Of a DNA stretch of 64,000 bases, positions 30,642-39,256 are shown piece after piece. Both the position numbers and the translations under genes were made by a program. This DNA is from an uncultured Pseudomonadota bacterium (lineage in GTDB: Bacteria > Myxococcota_A > Polyangia > Fen-1088): the NCBI GenBank assembly GCA_963847705.1, contig CAWKBC010000047.1, positions 96,001 to 160,000 of the forward strand, in the 5' to 3' direction. Within the stretch, counting starts at the first letter, position 1. Every line of letters begins with the position of its first letter. Below the pieces are notes generated by a model. That model had not been told where the DNA came from, made no database searches, and worked only from the letters and a program-made list of their open reading frames with translations.

Positions 30642-32723
30642 CTAGAACGTCTCGGTCGCCTCGGGGATGGCGACGCCGTTGACGTCGGTCAGCTGGCCCG
30701 CACCGGTGCACGCGTCGCCGTTGCTGCCGGCGCCGCAGCCACCGAGCGCCACGTTGCCCGAGCCCTGGACGTTCGGGGCCGGGGTGCCGGTGCCCTGGGT
30801 CTCCGGGTAGTCGACGCAGCTGACGCCCGCCGGAACCGGGACGAACCCGTTGTTGGTCATGGCGCTGGTCATGATGCTGTTCGTTCCGTAGCACTGGGCC
30901 AGCTCCTTCTCGTGTCCCTGCAGGTTGCCGAACCCGTAGATGGTGGAGAACCAGAGCCGGCGAGCCAGCGGGTAGAGCGGCGTGGTGCCGGGGGCCGCCA
31001 ACAGGTTCTTGATCGGGGCATCCGGGTCCCCGGTCAGGGCAAACGGCGGGGTGCCGTTGATGGTCAGACCCTTGAGCGTCTGCGGCGTCGGGTTGCCCGC
31101 GATGCCCGGGAAGCCCTGAGCCGCTTCACGACCTGCGTAGCCGACGCTGCAGGGATCGGAGTCGGTCAAGCAGCCAATCGTCGACGTGTCGTCGTTCTCC
31201 TGGCAGACACCGGTCGTTCCGGTCTCTGAGCCCACGCCGGCCGCGTAGTTGGCGCCCGGGACCACCGAGTGGATGCGGTGGAACCCTCCGACGAGGATGC
31301 GGGGCACCGGTGCGGTGGCGTCGACCGAGAACTGGAAGGTCCCGGTGCGGAAGGCAGACGGGATCTGGCTCGACGGCACCATCGTCACGAGGTTGTACCG
31401 GCGACCGTCGGGCTTGCCGCCGACGACGTCGACGCACTTGGTGGTGTTCGCAGCGATGCAGCGCGGGTCGGGCGCGCTGGCCGAACCGGCGAACGGCATG
31501 AAGCACAAGTTGCCACCGCTCGGGGGAAGGCCGTTGGGGCAGAGGAAGCCCGGGTACTTGCTGGCCTGGCTAACCTTGAAGGCCGGGAACGGGTTGCAAG
31601 CCGCGGTGCAGACCGTCTGGGGATAGAGGTCGGCAGTGTGCGTGGCGGCCGCATCGGGGATGAGGATCGGAAGAACCACGCCGAGGTCGCCGGCGAAGTT
31701 GCCGCCCGAGGTCGTCAGGTTCTTGAATCCCGAGCAGACGGTGTCCACGCCCGGAACGCAGTTCGTGCGAACCGGATCGGCGTCCGAGAAGTCGGCCGAG
31801 CCGCCCGGCGTGATCGGGGCGGGAACCGTGTTGGCGTCGACCGAGTTGCAGAACGGATTCGACTTGGCGACGGCGCCCGGGGCCGCGGGCGGGCCGAGGA
31901 GCGACGGCAGCGCGCCGATACCGACCGCCACAGCCGCGCCCTTCCCGTTGGACACGGTGCCGGCCGGCGGGTTGATGATGCTCACGAAGGCGTCCGTCGT
32001 GCCCGAGAGGTCGCTGCGGCGCCAGGCGTGGGTGATGCCGGTGGAGCAGGTCGCGTCGCCGGTGCCACAGTCGCTGGCGAACAGGTTCTTCCAGTTGCGG
32101 ATGAGCGACTTGCGGGTGTCGCTGGCGCAGCTGTAGTTTCCGTCGTGCGTGAGGCCGAAGTAGAGAACGGCGAGCGCGTCAAACGACGGCTGGTTCTTGA
32201 AGAGGGCGCCCGACGGGTCACCGAAGGTGTACGTCACGCCGCTGTCGGTTCCGGTCCCGCCCGCGAGGATGTGCATCGCCGTCGCGGAGCCGAGCCCGGA
32301 CGCGGCGCTGCTGGAGCAGCTCATGACCTGGTTGGCCGAGATCGCCACGCCGTCGAGACCGACGAGCAGCCCGGCGGTGAGGCCCGCAGAGGCCGAGACC
32401 GCCGGAGCCGTGTAGACCGAAGCGACGGTCGAGCAGAACTCGCTGTTCTTCAGCGCGCTCGACATCGGGCTCACGGCCTGAAGGCTCTGGTCCATGTTGC
32501 CGGCGCCGACGCGAGAGCCGCCGCCCTGATAGGTGATCGGGTTGGTGGTCCAATCCGAAAACTGCGCACTACATGCCGAGAAGACGTCGTTGTTGGTGAC
32601 GTCGAACAGTGTGTCCGAACCATTCAGCGCAATGCCGCTGCCGTTGGTGTCCGCGGCAGCCGCGAGACCGGCAGCGCCGGCACCCGCGAGCAGGAGCGCG
32701 GCGCCTGCGATAGAAGTTCTCAT
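30642..32723 (-). CDS. Oversized Cys-rich PstS-like (PBP2 fold) secreted substrate-binding protein
   Basis: ALNGSDTL, YQGGGSRVG, SPMSSAL, GLDGVAI, RRSDLSGTTDAF, SVGYAG, YPLARRLW. About 690 aa. GGAGG RBS. Confidence 0.75.
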   Translation of the reverse strand: MRTSIAGAALLLAGAGAAGLAAAADTNGSGIALNGSDTLFDVTNNDVFSACSAQFSDWTTNPITYQGGGSRVGAGNMDQSLQAVSPMSSALKNSEFCSTVASVYTAPAVSASAGLTAGLLVGLDGVAISANQVMSCSSSAASGLGSATAMHILAGGTGTDSGVTYTFGDPSGALFKNQPSFDALAVLYFGLTHDGNYSCASDTRKSLIRNWKNLFASDCGTGDATCSTGITHAWRRSDLSGTTDAFVSIINPPAGTVSNGKGAAVAVGIGALPSLLGPPAAPGAVAKSNPFCNSVDANTVPAPITPGGSADFSDADPVRTNCVPGVDTVCSGFKNLTTSGGNFAGDLGVVLPILIPDAAATHTADLYPQTVCTAACNPFPAFKVSQASKYPGFLCPNGLPPSGGNLCFMPFAGSASAPDPRCIAANTTKCVDVVGGKPDGRRYNLVTMVPSSQIPSAFRTGTFQFSVDATAPVPRILVGGFHRIHSVVPGANYAAGVGSETGTTGVCQENDDTSTIGCLTDSDPCSVGYAGREAAQGFPGIAGNPTPQTLKGLTINGTPPFALTGDPDAPIKNLLAAPGTTPLYPLARRLWFSTIYGFGNLQGHEKELAQCYGTNSIMTSAMTNNGFVPVPAGVSCVDYPETQGTGTPAPNVQGSGNVALGGCGAGSNGDACTGAGQLTDVNGVAIPEATETF

Positions 32724-32918
32724 ATCAAGCCTCCCTATCCTTTGTTGTGTCTTGTCGAATCGCGTTTCCCGGCCGTTCTGGCCGGGAATTCCAGGCCCTC
32801 GCCATAACAAAGATCGGGCCAAATCCCGGCGCCTCCTCCCGTCGAGCTAACCCTCGGCTTCTGCTCCCGATTTCCCGCTGAGCGCCAAAGCGCCCAACCT
32901 GGGTCCGGGAAAGACGAT

Positions 32919-33027
32919 TCGATTATCGGTGGTCTCTCCCCGATTTTCGGAGTAACCGGCCAAACGATTGCTTTCTGGAAGCTCGCCGATCCGTTCCGAG
33001 AACCGTATGCCGTTTTCCGATTATCGA
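32919..33027. promoter_or_regulatory. Two pairs of palindromic CCGA-N3-TCGG-like sites, putative enhancer-binding-protein UAS
   Basis: TCGATTATCGG 32919, CCGATTTTCGG 32940, CCGAGAACCGT 32996, CCGATTATCGA 33017; 21-bp spacing within each pair. Confidence 0.5.
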
Positions 33028-33228
33028 ACGGCCGGCGAGGCCCCGCAAAACGAGCACGCTCGCGGTGTTCCCCCTAACGGAGCCTAATGATTGAGCATTC
33101 TCGAGCCCGCCCAGCGAAGGGCTCCGCGGCCCAGGAGTTGCTCTCGGAAGGGCCGACGCTGGCGGTCTGCGCTCGGTTGCAGGGGCCAGCAATTCAACCA
33201 ATCAAGAAATTTTTGGGAGGACATCGTG

Positions 33229-34642
33229 ATGATTCGAAATTCTCTGAAACTGACGGCGCTTACGGCTGTCGCGCTCGCAGGCGGGGCGGTCGGCCTCAAT
33301 TGTTCCAAGGGAGGCGGTACTGACACGGGGAGCTTGAAGATCGCGTTCGCCAGTCGGCGGCGTCGTCCTCAACGCGGTCGCCTACAAGATCACCTCGAGC
33401 CTGACCGGCACCACGATCGTGTCGGGGACCATGAACACCTCTGACCCGAACGCGACGGCGTCGCTCGATCTCGCCCTCCCGCCGACTGCGGCGGGCGCGA
33501 CGGACACGGTCGTCCTGACCGCGACGAGCGCCGGCGGCGTGGCCTGTGCCACCGCGCCGGCCACCTTCACGGTGACCTCGGGCGCAAACACCGACGTCAT
33601 GTTGACGATGGTCTGCGGCACCTCCGTTCCGCAGACTGTTCCCGGCACGGTCGACATCACCACGACCGTTTCGTCGAACAACAGCTGCCCCAGCATCACC
33701 AGCGCGGTTGTGGCTCCTGACCAGACCTCGGTCGGCGCGACGGTCGCCGTCAGCACCACGGGCGCGGATCCGGACAGCGATCCGCTGACCTTCGCCTGGG
33801 GCCCCACGGCCAACTTCGCGGCGCCGACGGCGGCGTCCACGACCTATACCTGCACGACGGCCGGCGTCCAGCCGATCACGCTCACCATCAGCGACGGCAA
33901 GTGCAACGCGACCGTCACGCTGAAGATCACCTGCGTCGGCGCGGGCGCTGGCGGCGCGGCCGGTGGCGCGGCTGGCGCTCCGGCGACCGGCGGTGTGGTC
34001 GGCACGGGCGGCATCGTGGCGACCGGCGGCGTGGTCGGCACCGGCGGCGTGGCCGGCGCGGCTGGCGCCCCGGCGACCGGCGGCGCGGTCGGCACGGGCG
34101 GCGTGGTCGCCACTGGCGGCGTGGTCGGCACCGGCGGCGTGGTCGGCACGGGCGGGACGATGGGCGTGGCTTGCAACACCTGCGAGTTCAACGACTCGGC
34201 CCCGCCGCTGTCGTTCTGCGCGGGGACGACGATCGCCGCCTCGACGACGACGCTGTCGGCCTTCGGCTGCGACGGCTTCACCGCGGCGGCCGACGTGGCG
34301 AGCTGCAAGGCCCTCGCGGCTTGCCTTCGTGGCGCGGCCTGCCAGACGGCGATTCAGACGGCGACGTCTGACTACGCCGAAGCGGGCAGCAACTTCGACG
34401 ATCCGCACCCCTGCCTCTGCGGCGGCGTTTCGCTGGCGACCTGCCTCGGGGCGTCGACCTTCACGGGCGTTTGCCAGGCTCAGTACGTTGCCGCCTCCAA
34501 CGGTGGCAGCCCGCTGAACAACTTCGGGAACAACGCGCTGCCGATCGGCATCGCGAACAACCTGATGACCTGCGACGTCGACTCGACCGTGGCCGACAAC
34601 GGCCTCCAGAACTGCGGCGCTTCCTGCGGTCTCGGCCAGTAA
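33229..34642 (+). CDS. Lipoprotein with Ig-like + PKD-like domains, GTGG linker and Cys-rich C-terminal domain (frameshift near 33350)
   Basis: GGAGG RBS, MIRNSLK..GLN-C, continues in another frame as GGVVLNAVAYKITSS; DPDSDPLTFAW; TYTCTTAG. Confidence 0.78.
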
Positions 34643-34689
34643 CTCGCCGAGCAGCGGTGAGCCCGCGCCGGCGGGTCTGAAATCCGGCT

Positions 34690-34734
34690 AAAGGAAAGGG
34701 CGCGTTCGGGAAACCGGATGCGCCCTTTTTCTTT
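34690..34734 (+). terminator. Rho-independent terminator
   Basis: AAAGGGCGCGTTCGG-GAAA-CCGGATGCGCCCTTTTT. Confidence 0.8.
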
Positions 34735-34798
34735 GGCGGCCCTCGTAACGGAAGTGTTGCACTCCCGAAGGTCGGCGTGCCAACCTTGCCTGCGTCAG

Positions 34799-35539
34799 AT
34801 GAAGCCGAACGCAGCTCGCAATGTCACGATTTGTTTGCGCTCGGTTGTCGGGGGAATCCTGGCCGGTCTCGTGGGTTGCAGCGGTTCAATGCCGCCTGAC
34901 GTCGAGGCGAACGTCGCTTTCGTCCTTCCAAATGGATGGAACGTCGTTTCCGCCACCTATGTTGTTTGGTCGTCTGATCAGGTCGCCATCCTCGAGGGGA
35001 CTGAACGTCTCAGTGACCCCAGCGCCCCGCTCTCGCTCAGTCTGCTGGTGCCGGCGGGAAGCGGCGACCTCCTGGAGCTGACCGTGATGACCAGCGATGG
35101 CGAGTCCTGCAGCGGGACCAGCGTGCCGTTCAACGTGGTGGCAGGGGTCCCGACGAACGTCGGTCTGGTGTTGTCCTGCCTCCCCGCCAGCCCGCCCGCC
35201 GACAGCTGTCCCACGGTCGATGTGGAGCTCCCCACGCCCGCGGAGGCAAGCGCGCCTTCGGGCCGGATCACGGTCGCCGCCCTCGCCAGCGACAGCGATC
35301 CGGGGGACCTGCTCACCTTCTCCTGGGCGGCGTCAGCAGGCACCTTCGGTGACCCGGCGGCGCCATCGACCGACTACCTCTGCACGACGGCCGGCACGCA
35401 AACGCTGGTGCTCAACGTCGATGATCATCACGTTCCCAGCAGCTGTACCGAGACCTTCCTCTTGCCGGTCACCTGCCTGGCGGATCCAGGCGACGCCGGC
35501 GCCTGCACCGACGGCTGCGGGCCGCCCTCGGGTTCCTGA
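34799..35539 (+). CDS. Ig-like + PKD-like lipoprotein, paralog of the 33229 N-terminal half
   Basis: Lipobox LVG-C; SDSDPGDLLTFSWAASAG; YLCTTAG. Confidence 0.75.
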   Translation: MKPNAARNVTICLRSVVGGILAGLVGCSGSMPPDVEANVAFVLPNGWNVVSATYVVWSSDQVAILEGTERLSDPSAPLSLSLLVPAGSGDLLELTVMTSDGESCSGTSVPFNVVAGVPTNVGLVLSCLPASPPADSCPTVDVELPTPAEASAPSGRITVAALASDSDPGDLLTFSWAASAGTFGDPAAPSTDYLCTTAGTQTLVLNVDDHHVPSSCTETFLLPVTCLADPGDAGACTDGCGPPSGS

Positions 35540-35541
35540 GG

Positions 35542-36251
35542 TCAGTGCTTCACCTGCACCGTCCCGAGCGGGATCTCGACGGTGCTCGCCAGGCTCCAGC
35601 CGTCGCAGAGCACCGCCTTCACGGCTTGCGGACCCGCCGGCCAGTTCGATGAAGGGATGCTCACAGCGAAGGATCCGGGCCGGTTCATCAAGAAGGCGAG
35701 CCCGTTCACCTCGATGACCCCCAGCACGGAGTCGCCGTCGGGATCGTCGATGACGGCCGTGAAGGCCAGCTCGGCGCCCGGCGGTGGCCGGAAAGTCACT
35801 GAGCTTCAATCGTGGGCGCTCGATTGTCTGGCGGGGGCGGCCCCTTGACCGGCTGCGCAGCCCACCGTCGGAGGGTGTCGCTCTCCCATCCGGGCAGCGC
35901 GGGACTCGGTTGGGGCGGCATTCGAGGCCACATCGCGCCCTGCTGCGCGACGACGTCGGTCTCGATCTGAGGCGGCGCCAGCGAAGAGCCGGCGAGGATC
36001 GACCCACTCCCCAGCGCCAGCGCCGCGTCGCCGCAGACGGCCGCCGTGACGTCGAAGAAATCGAACCGGTAACCGCCGCCCGTTTGCCCCGCGTTCCACC
36101 CGTGGCATCCGTTGCACTCGCCACGGAAGATCGGCGCCACGTCGGCCCAGGCCGGGTTCGCAGGCTCGGCCGGCGTCGAGCTGCAGCCCATGCCAGCCAG
36201 GAGACCGAACACCAGAAGACCGGCGAGGTCGAGGGGGCGCTTCCGCGTCAT
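35542..36251 (-). CDS. Monoheme cytochrome c lipoprotein with Ig-like C-terminus (probable frameshift near 35780-35810)
   Basis: Lipobox GMG-C; WADVAPIF..CNGCH; RMPP distal Met; NRAPTI...IDDPDGD. Confidence 0.7.
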
Positions 36252-36255
36252 CGTT

Positions 36256-36822
36256 CTAGTCCGCGCCCTGGTCGCGGGCAGCGTCGGAGATCGGTCCATC
36301 GATCGCCCCAGCCTTGGCGTCGCTACCGCTGATCGATGCGTCGGCGCCCCGGAGGCCAACCGGATATTCGAACGCGCCGTTCAGGATCCAGCGCTCGACC
36401 AGCTCGATGTCGGCTTCGGGCAACGGCCGATCGGGCGGCATCCGGGGCGCGTCGCGGGCGCGCAACATGTTGACCACGCGCGAGCCGGCGGGATCGTAGG
36501 GCGTGACCAGCGGGCGCTCCTTCTCCTCGCAAACGTGCGTCCCATCCACCGTTGCGCAGGCAGTGCCGAGGGGCGCCGCGGCGTCGGGCGGAGACACCAC
36601 CCAGACCCAGAGCTGCGTCAGGCTGGCGTAGCCGTTCGCCGGTGTCGAAAAATCCAGGCCTGACACCGCGGCAGCGGGGTTGTGGCAGCTCGTGGTGGCG
36701 CAGTTCGGCTGGAAGATGGCGGGCGAGATGTAGCCCCACTCGGCCGGCCGATCGTCGGTTTGACTGCAGGCACCCGCGCCAATCACCGCGACGACGAGCG
36801 TGAGCCAATGCGCCGTGTTCAC
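36256..36822 (-). CDS. Cytochrome c-like lipoprotein with CX4CH motif
   Basis: Lipobox AGA-C; IFQPN-CATTSCH; V.PYDPAGS..RMPP..IELVERWILNGA (planctomycete cytochrome-C-like). Confidence 0.72.
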   Translation of the reverse strand: MNTAHWLTLVVAVIGAGACSQTDDRPAEWGYISPAIFQPNCATTSCHNPAAAVSGLDFSTPANGYASLTQLWVWVVSPPDAAAPLGTACATVDGTHVCEEKERPLVTPYDPAGSRVVNMLRARDAPRMPPDRPLPEADIELVERWILNGAFEYPVGLRGADASISGSDAKAGAIDGPISDAARDQGAD

Positions 36823-37005
36823 GGAGAGACCCAACCCAAGGCCGCGCGTATATCAAAGGCGACGCTCCCCCGGTGTGACGAGTGTGAAAATGTCCCGCGG
36901 CGAATTGGTCAGGCACACAGTCGGGGGGCTGAGGCCGCCGTCGTCGGGCCTGCGACGCACCCAGGCGCACGCTGGCCTTCAGCCGCACCGCTTCCGGCGC
37001 CGTCG

Positions 37006-37491
37006 TCAGGCGTGCGACGGAACGAAGCTGACCGCGCCGATCCGCACGGGCGCCGCGCCTTTCGTGATCCCCCCAGCGGCCTCGAGTTGCATCGGCTTCG
37101 TACAGGAGAGACCACCGCGGCTCATGAACCGAAGCTCGAAGTTGCCCGCCTGGCCGGCCTCGATCGACAGCGGATCGCTGGCCTTCCAGGTCGTGGTGGG
37201 AACCGCGCGCCCGTCGGCGCCGCGCAGGCGAAAGGCATCGCGGTGGATCACCAGCGGCGGCGGGGCCGCATTGCGCACCTGCACTTCGATCCTGGCCTCC
37301 ACGAGGTTGACGCCGGGAAGCTCGGTCTCGACGGTCTCGGTACAGCTCTGGCCAATGACCGCGATCTCGACGCCGCTCGGATCCGCGGCGGCGCCGCTGT
37401 TTTGAACCGGTGGATGCAGCGCGCAGGCAGGCGTCAGCGCGGCGAGAGCAATGGACGTGAAGAACAGGATTCGGGTCTGGTCAATTTTCAT
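37006..37491 (-). CDS. Hypothetical Ig-fold lipoprotein
   Basis: GGAGG RBS, lipobox TPA-C, beta-rich body; first gene after a sigma-54 promoter. Confidence 0.7.
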   Translation of the reverse strand: MKIDQTRILFFTSIALAALTPACALHPPVQNSGAAADPSGVEIAVIGQSCTETVETELPGVNLVEARIEVQVRNAAPPPLVIHRDAFRLRGADGRAVPTTTWKASDPLSIEAGQAGNFELRFMSRGGLSCTKPMQLEAAGGITKGAAPVRIGAVSFVPSHA

Positions 37492-37514
37492 GGAAGCGCC
37501 TCCATCCCCAACAA

Positions 37515-37531
37515 AAGCAGCGGCCGTGCCA
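37515..37531 (-). promoter_or_regulatory. Sigma-54 -24/-12 promoter
   Basis: TGGCACGGCCGCTGCTT on the minus strand. Confidence 0.75.
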
Positions 37532-37548
37532 TTATAGAAATTGAGCAA

Positions 37549-37561
37549 AATCAAACACTTG
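37549..37561. promoter_or_regulatory. IHF binding site
   Basis: AATCAAACACTTG matches WATCAANNNNTTR, located between the sigma-54 promoter and the UAS. Confidence 0.65.
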
Positions 37562-37581
37562 TGGCAGGCCACGTTTCTCGG

Positions 37582-37618
37582 GGGCGGAGATTCTCCCTGA
37601 GGCCCAGGAATTTCTCCC
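37582..37618 (-). promoter_or_regulatory. Tandem upstream activator sites
   Basis: GGGAGAAATTCCT-N8-GGGAGAATCTCCGCCC; same layout as 42138-42174. Confidence 0.65.
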
Positions 37619-37855
37619 TTGATGACAACTCAGCCGGTTGGATCGGCTGGCGACGGCGGAGCCGCCGGGGCGGAGGCGCGGCCGGATCGAGCGGCGGAGT
37701 CGGTGCCGGCGGGGCCGGTCCTGCCGGGGGAAGGCGTTGGCCACGCCGGAGGCGGCGGCGCTGGCGGTCAGAGTGACGCCGGCGTCGACCGACCGCGGTT
37801 CCCCGGCCCGGCGTCAGCCATCCGCCAAGGAGGCGGCGGCAAGGGTGGGCGCTCA

Positions 37856-39052
37856 TCAAAGCATCAGATTGATCTGGAGCGTGATGAGCTGGGTTCGGCC
37901 GGCGGTTGCCGGGAGCGTCACCGATCCGAGCGCCGCCATCCTGGGGCTCTGCTGATCGCCGTAGCCGTACCGGAGCTTCAGGATCAGCGTCGGGGCCGAG
38001 ATGTAGTAGGCGATCTGCCCCTCGGCCGAGAAAAAGCGATCGTCGGCGAGGGCTGTGCTGGGGTTGGTCCAGCTGATACGAACGGCGGCGTCGAGCCGCT
38101 TTGGGAGCAGCAGAACCCCGAGCTGTCCCCACAGTCCCAGCGACAGGAAGCTCGAGCTGCCCGCCGGATAGGTCCGCCGTACATAGCCCTCGCTGAGGAA
38201 CATGAGACGGCGCGATTGGAGGAACAGATCCGCGCCGCCCGCCCGTTCCTTGTTGGTCATGCCCGTCGGCGTCGCCGTGTAGAGAAAGCTGTTCGGATCG
38301 AAGTTCTCGGTCGCGTCCTGGATGTTCCCGAAGTAGCCCTGGATCGTGAAGGAGACGCGCGTCGGGGCTGGGGTGTCTCCCAGCACGTAGGCGTACTCGG
38401 CGTCGCCGGTCTTCCCCATCGGGTTGGCCGTGACGCGCCCCTCGACGAGGTAGTTCCCGGCGATCGTCGTGAACTGGCGCAGCGGCGAGCCGCCATAGTA
38501 GCCCGCGAAATAGTCAATCCGATCGGAAGCAAGCGAGCCGTACGCCGTGATCCCCTTGTCACGGCCCGTCCAGAAGTAGTCTGGGACCGGTCCCGTTTCG
38601 GGGAAAAGGCCCCGGTAAAGGCCGAAGGACTCGTGGCGTGAGAAGGGTGTGTCCTGCTGCCCGCCGCGGATGCCGAATGCCTTCACTGGCCTGACGTCGA
38701 GGTAGGCGTACAGCAGGTAGGGAGGGTTATCGGCGAGCTCGGCTGTCGTCAGGAACGTGATCCAGGGCCGTACCACGTTCCCGCCCAACGACGGGCGCGC
38801 CGAGTAGATCGCGTCGCGATTCTGCGAAACGCCGTTCAGATACCTCGGCTCGAACCGATATGCCCCCTGCAGGCCGATCCGAAGCCGGTAGCTCTCGTCA
38901 GGGGACTGGAGGACGAACCCTTCTCCAGGATCGTAGCCCGACAACCCCGGTTCTCGTTCGGTATCTCCCCCTTCCGCGTTCGCCGCCACACCTCTCCCGG
39001 CACACATCGAAACGACAGCACACGCGACAATCGCCCTTGGACCTCTCGACAT
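37856..39052 (-). CDS. OprO/OprP-like (phosphate-selective family) porin
   Basis: GFVLQSPDESYRLRIG, YAYLD..GQQDTPFSRH, GRDKGI, terminal TLQINLML. Confidence 0.72.
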   Translation of the reverse strand: MSRGPRAIVACAVVSMCAGRGVAANAEGGDTEREPGLSGYDPGEGFVLQSPDESYRLRIGLQGAYRFEPRYLNGVSQNRDAIYSARPSLGGNVVRPWITFLTTAELADNPPYLLYAYLDVRPVKAFGIRGGQQDTPFSRHESFGLYRGLFPETGPVPDYFWTGRDKGITAYGSLASDRIDYFAGYYGGSPLRQFTTIAGNYLVEGRVTANPMGKTGDAEYAYVLGDTPAPTRVSFTIQGYFGNIQDATENFDPNSFLYTATPTGMTNKERAGGADLFLQSRRLMFLSEGYVRRTYPAGSSSFLSLGLWGQLGVLLLPKRLDAAVRISWTNPSTALADDRFFSAEGQIAYYISAPTLILKLRYGYGDQQSPRMAALGSVTLPATAGRTQLITLQINLML

Positions 39053-39256
39053 GGCCCCTCCCAAAGGCCACGCAAGCTAGGGTCGGCGTCAGGCTTCGCA
39101 AGATCGGCGATCGGTCGGAGCGGAAGAGGCGACGAGCTCAGCGTCGCTGCGCCGGCGACACCGAGGAGCATCAGAACGTCACCAGCGAGGTCGTCGTCGC
39201 GCTCCAGAAGGCGGACTTCGAAGATCTTCGAGCCCGGGCACACGACAACTGATGGA

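Noticed and set aside
37619-37800. Gly-rich plus-strand fragment that might be a third Gly/Ala lipoprotein
   Set aside because: No signal peptide and the Gly-rich reading is split over frames; at most a remnant.
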